Assembly: GCA_964565195.1 (NCBI GenBank)
Contig: CAZMCQ010000003.1
Coordinates: 24,080-88,079, forward strand
Origin: an uncultured Candidatus Saccharibacteria bacterium
GTDB lineage: Bacteria > Patescibacteriota > Doudnabacteria > UBA920 > 2-01-FULL-46-14
Direction of reading: 5' to 3'
DNA length: 64,000 bases
Part shown: positions 63,058-64,000 of the stretch, piece after piece
How positions within the stretch are numbered: the stretch's first letter is position 1
Layout of the letters: each line of letters starts with the position of its first letter
The notes under the pieces: model-generated
Seen by the model: the letters and a program-made list of their open reading frames with translations, nothing else
The model's database searches: none
What the model was told of the DNA's origin: nothing
Program-made: the position numbers and the translations under genes

Positions 63058-64000
63058 ATGAAGAAGTTTACTGAACACTGCATTGTTGCACTAGCTTGCT
63101 TTTTGCTGTTGGCATTGCTCGTTTCCGGGCAGTCTGATGATGATACCCTCCGGTCGCTCAAGGCGACGCCGGGAATTCCATTTGGAATGGAGTGCAGACC
63201 ACCAACACAGGTGGTGATAAACGCACCCGCGCCACATTTGGAGTCGTTTTGCTTCGGGACAAACGGCACTGTCACACGTGTCGAGTTGCAGTTTACAAAG
63301 GGGAGCGATATGAATGATGTCAATGTCAGCCTTTTCCTCGACACTGATCAGAATCCGAAAACTGGCAGAGGAGTTTACTATCAGGCGTTTGGGCTGAACT
63401 TTGTAACCCCGAACTTTGGCTGGGACTACGTCGTTGATTACAGTGACAGGCAGAACAGAAACCAAGCCACAATCAGGGACTTGTTTGGATCTGTCGTGGG
63501 ATCGTTTCCAGTAAGGATAAAGGGGCAGATCCTGCAGCTCGATATTCCTCTGTCTGTAATCGAGGACGACGGAAATATGCAACTCGCAGCTCTCGTCGGA
63601 AGCAATCAAGGATATACTTCGGCTGTTGGTCCATGGGACCTTACCGTCGTTGAAGTGAAGATCATCCCGCCGAGTTTCGATTTGCTCCCAGGGATGAACT
63701 TCGACGGAGCGGTCACCGTGAAAACCGGCCCGAACAAAGGCCTGCAGATCTTCGCCATTTACTCGAGATTGAAGCGGCCTACAGGTGCAACACTGGATCT
63801 AATTCTAGGTAGTGGACAAGTAGTGGCTCCGGGGTTGTCGGTTTTTCGCAATAACAATCTCGGCAGCCTGCTTCAGGTGGGGGAGAATGTTTATCAATTC
63901 GTCCTCGAGACGAACCTCGGAGTTTTCGGCGATGAGGCTGTGTACAATGTCAACATTCCCGGGTTTCCACCGCTTCCACCACCGCCCGGTACTGGCATTT
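63058..64000 (+). CDS. secreted beta-rich protein, truncated at window end
   Basis: Promoter TTGACA(62944)-17 nt-TAAGAT, SD AAGGAGG, signal peptide, FLDTDQNPKTG; frame open to 64000. Confidence 0.8.
   Translation, partial: MKKFTEHCIVALACFLLLALLVSGQSDDDTLRSLKATPGIPFGMECRPPTQVVINAPAPHLESFCFGTNGTVTRVELQFTKGSDMNDVNVSLFLDTDQNPKTGRGVYYQAFGLNFVTPNFGWDYVVDYSDRQNRNQATIRDLFGSVVGSFPVRIKGQILQLDIPLSVIEDDGNMQLAALVGSNQGYTSAVGPWDLTVVEVKIIPPSFDLLPGMNFDGAVTVKTGPNKGLQIFAIYSRLKRPTGATLDLILGSGQVVAPGLSVFRNNNLGSLLQVGENVYQFVLETNLGVFGDEAVYNVNIPGFPPLPPPPGTGI

Overview
Chromosomal window from a small-genome bacterium, most consistent with Patescibacteria/CPR. This is inferred from gene style and content: short atpH, a sigma4/delta-like fusion, an orphan VirD4-like ATPase, CAP and NYN proteins, and SD-less core genes. 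rplA and rplI are both present, and TGA is read as stop. Core content is a complete F1Fo atp operon, cca, four tRNAs, pyrE/pyrD, rmuC, a partial riboflavin/FAD module, EamA transporters with a SpeA-like decarboxylase, a UvrD-nuclease fusion, gyrB, secE-nusG-rplK-rplA, dcd-dut-tmk-thyA-folA, frameshifted prfB, ftsEX, rplI, pyrG, rpmA, secA, secDF and mnmA. The most notable observations are these. (1) A split, modular PEP-synthase/rifampin-phosphotransferase-like dikinase locus at 20.0-27.8 kb has one stand-alone ATP-grasp gene and three divergent proteins each ending in a phospho-His swivel domain, with scars suggesting cassette exchange. (2) A GIY-YIG gene between thyA and folA is bracketed by hairpin-containing inverted repeats; gene-less versions of these repeats occur elsewhere, one in frame inside the helicase. 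(3) A single-chain PheRS has mitochondrial-type architecture. (4) A 21-aa protamine-like ORF has its own promoter containing a DnaA box. (5) Several palindromic repeat families sit at gene junctions and in frame inside conserved genes. (6) Genes split into apparently leaderless operon starts and strongly SD-led accessory singletons. All calls come from motif recognition by eye; no database searches were run.
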